Origin: an uncultured Elusimicrobia bacterium
Lineage (GTDB): Bacteria; Elusimicrobiota; Elusimicrobia; FEN-1173
NCBI GenBank assembly: GCA_964484135.1
Contig: CAZAEL010000004.1
Coordinates: forward strand, 19,164-83,163
Reading direction: 5' to 3'
DNA length: 64,000 nt
Shown in pieces: positions 62,079-64,000 of this stretch (within the stretch, counting starts at the first letter, position 1; the number at the start of each line of letters is the position of its first letter). The translations under genes and the position numbers were made by a program. The notes beneath the pieces were generated by a model that made no database searches, had not been told where the DNA came from, and saw nothing but the letters and a program-made list of their open reading frames with translations.

Positions 62079-63173
62079 TCAATAGGCGTTCAGGACGTCG
62101 ATCAACTGCCGCAAACGCCCGAAATTGACCCGGTTGAACCGGAAAACCAGGCGGGGCAATTCCTTGTGGTCCTCCTCCTGGGGCAGGGCGCCGGTGGTCA
62201 GGAGGGCCCCCTCCGCGCCGATGTCCTTGAACTTCTGCCGGACCATCTCCAGGGCCGGGCGGGGGACGGGCCGCAGGAGCCGTATGGCCAGCTGGTCCTT
62301 GACGTACCGGAGCGAGTGGTAGTTGCGGTAAAACCGCATGATTTCGCGCACCGCCTCCTCCACGGAGGACGTCACCTTGAACAGGCTCATGTCCTCCGGG
62401 GAGATCTTGCCCTTGTTCAGGAGCTGGTGCACCACGTACCGCCGCCAGTCCGACCAGTACCGGCCGCCCGGCCGCTCCACGAACACCACGGGCATGGGGT
62501 CGCACTTGCCGGTCTGGATGAGGGTCAGCGTCTCCAGGGCCTCGTCGTGGGTGCCGAACCCCCCCGCGAAGAAGGCCACGGCGCTGGTCTCCTTCAGGAA
62601 CATGAGCTTCCGCGTGAAGAAGAAGCGGCAGTCGATGAACCGGCTGTCCCTGGCCACGAACTCGTTGGCCTGCTGCTCGAAGGGCAGGCGGATGTTGATG
62701 CCGAAGCTGTTGCCCTTGCCGGCGCCCTCGTTGCCGGCCTTCATGATGCCCGGCCCCGCGCCCGTGATGACCATGAACCCCTCCTTGGCCATGCGGCGCG
62801 CGAACTGGCGGGCCATCTTGTAGTCGGGATCCGCCGCGGGGGTGCGGGCCGAGCCGAAGATGGTCACCTTGCGGCGGTTCCGGTACGGCTTGAAGATGCG
62901 GAACCCGTACCGCAGCTCCCGCAGGGCCCGGCTGAGGATCTTGACGTCCCCCCGGTCCAGCCCGGAGTTCTGGGTCTTGAGCGCGGTGACGATCATCTCC
63001 CGCACCAGGTCCGTGTTGTCCGGCCCCTTGCCCGGGGCGTCCGCCAGCCGGATCAGGGCGTCGATCTGGCGGGTGATGCGGGGGTCCCAGGCGTCGAAGG
63101 CCCGGGGTTTGGGCTCTTCGGGGTTTTGGAGATCGCTGGTGGTCTGGGGCTTGTCGGGGATGTCGGGCGCCAT
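62079..63173 (-). CDS. LOG family (TIGR00730-type) nucleotide phosphoribohydrolase-like protein
   Basis: VTIFGSART, ITGAGPGIM.AGNEGA, FFTRKLMF and GGFGTHDE motifs. Confidence 0.88.
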   Translation of the reverse strand: MAPDIPDKPQTTSDLQNPEEPKPRAFDAWDPRITRQIDALIRLADAPGKGPDNTDLVREMIVTALKTQNSGLDRGDVKILSRALRELRYGFRIFKPYRNRRKVTIFGSARTPAADPDYKMARQFARRMAKEGFMVITGAGPGIMKAGNEGAGKGNSFGINIRLPFEQQANEFVARDSRFIDCRFFFTRKLMFLKETSAVAFFAGGFGTHDEALETLTLIQTGKCDPMPVVFVERPGGRYWSDWRRYVVHQLLNKGKISPEDMSLFKVTSSVEEAVREIMRFYRNYHSLRYVKDQLAIRLLRPVPRPALEMVRQKFKDIGAEGALLTTGALPQEEDHKELPRLVFRFNRVNFGRLRQLIDVLNAY

Positions 63174-63180
63174 CAGGTCC

Positions 63181-63729
63181 TCACTTTTTGCCGCCCTTGT
63201 CCGCGCCGCGCGGCGCGAACCGGAGGGAGGCGGAATTGACGCAGTAGCGCAGGCCCGTGGGCCGGGGGCCGTCGTCGAACACGTGCCCCAGGTGGGCGCC
63301 GCAGCGCCGGCAGACCACTTCGGTCCGCCGCATGCCGAAGCTGTCGTCCCGCTCTTCGCCGACCCTGTCCGGGGACGCGGGCTGCCAAAAGCTGGGCCAG
63401 CCCGTGCCGGAATCGAACTTGGTCCGCGAATCGAACAGGTCCGCCCCGCAGGCCACGCATTGGTACATGCCGTCCTCGTGGTGGTCCCAGTACTCCCCGG
63501 TGAAGGCCCGCTCCGTGCCCTTTTGCCGGACGACGCAGAACTGTTCCGGGGTGAGCTGTTTCCGCCATTCTTCGTCTGTTTTTTCGATCTTTTCCGCCAT
63601 GACCGTCCCCTTCCGTTCCGCGGAACCCTTTTTCGCCGCGCCGCCCGCCGCTTCCGGGCCGGCCGCCCCGGCGCCCGGGGACGCCAGGGAAAGAACCGCG
63701 GCCCACAAAAGAACGCGCCTTGTTTTCAA
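63181..63729 (-). CDS. msrB: Peptide-methionine (R)-S-oxide reductase with signal peptide
   Basis: [43 protein letters not shown] and RYCVNS motifs. Confidence 0.95.
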   Translation of the reverse strand: MKTRRVLLWAAVLSLASPGAGAAGPEAAGGAAKKGSAERKGTVMAEKIEKTDEEWRKQLTPEQFCVVRQKGTERAFTGEYWDHHEDGMYQCVACGADLFDSRTKFDSGTGWPSFWQPASPDRVGEERDDSFGMRRTEVVCRRCGAHLGHVFDDGPRPTGLRYCVNSASLRFAPRGADKGGKK

Positions 63730-63730
63730 C

Positions 63731-64000
63731 TCAAAAACCTCCCTTGCGGGCCGCCTTCATCTTACCCTTTTTAAACCCCTGAAGCCACAGAAGCAGGGCC
63801 ACCAGCGAAAAACTGTCCAGCACGGCCCGGCGGGACAGGAGCCGTCGCACCTCTTGTTTCGAGAACCAGCGGCGGCCCTTGACCTCGTCCTTGTCCCAGC
63901 CCCCCTGCCGGGCGGCGGCCCGGCACCGGACCACGTGGAAACGGATGTTCGAGATCCCGTGGTTGGGGAAAAAAGCGTACAGGAGCCGGTGGCCGGCGGT
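63731..64000 (-). CDS. NUDIX hydrolase, C-terminal fragment (starts beyond window end)
   Basis: Open frame from the window end: [24 protein letters not shown]...DKDEV..RRWFS..EV..L......DSFSLVALL, resembling ADP-ribose pyrophosphatase C-termini. Confidence 0.65.
   Translation of the reverse strand, partial: TAGHRLLYAFFPNHGISNIRFHVVRCRAAARQGGWDKDEVKGRRWFSKQEVRRLLSRRAVLDSFSLVALLLWLQGFKKGKMKAARKGGF

Overview
GC-rich bacterial chromosome (diderm, judged from beta-barrel, TonB/ExbBD and lipoprotein genes; lineage not determinable from sequence alone). It holds about 55 genuine CDS; most other ORFs in the track are GC-rich shadow frames. Contents in order: a Fur-box-controlled mini-operon, a peptidoglycan-recycling cluster, ccdA with a monoheme cytochrome, a glycogen debranching enzyme, sucCD, CBS-korAB-CBS, trxB, ispG, namZ, a one-component GAF-GAF-ANTAR regulator next to glutamine-dependent nadE, ychF, cstA, exbBD-tonB, three ion/solute transporters, a nitrogen-assimilation block (amtB-glnK twice, glnA, porin, degenerate EAL), rsmA, cinA, amino-acid transporters, aminotransferase-hom-thrC, HU, LOG, msrB and a partial NUDIX. 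Main result: an apparent RNA-level nitrogen regulon. Five leaders (IT-family transporter, amtB1, amtB2, glnA, porin) carry paired hexaloop hairpins with G at loop position 4, as in ANTAR target RNAs; a sixth (APC transporter) is degenerate. In four of the five, the downstream hairpin overlaps an intrinsic terminator, and the only ANTAR protein in the window is the GAF-GAF-ANTAR. In three leaders a folded stem, rather than a short linker, separates the two hairpins. The GS lacks its adenylylation Tyr and one P-II lacks Tyr51. Short 7-/8-mer palindromic repeat elements sit inside or beside genes. No rRNA, tRNA, CRISPR array or transposase was seen.
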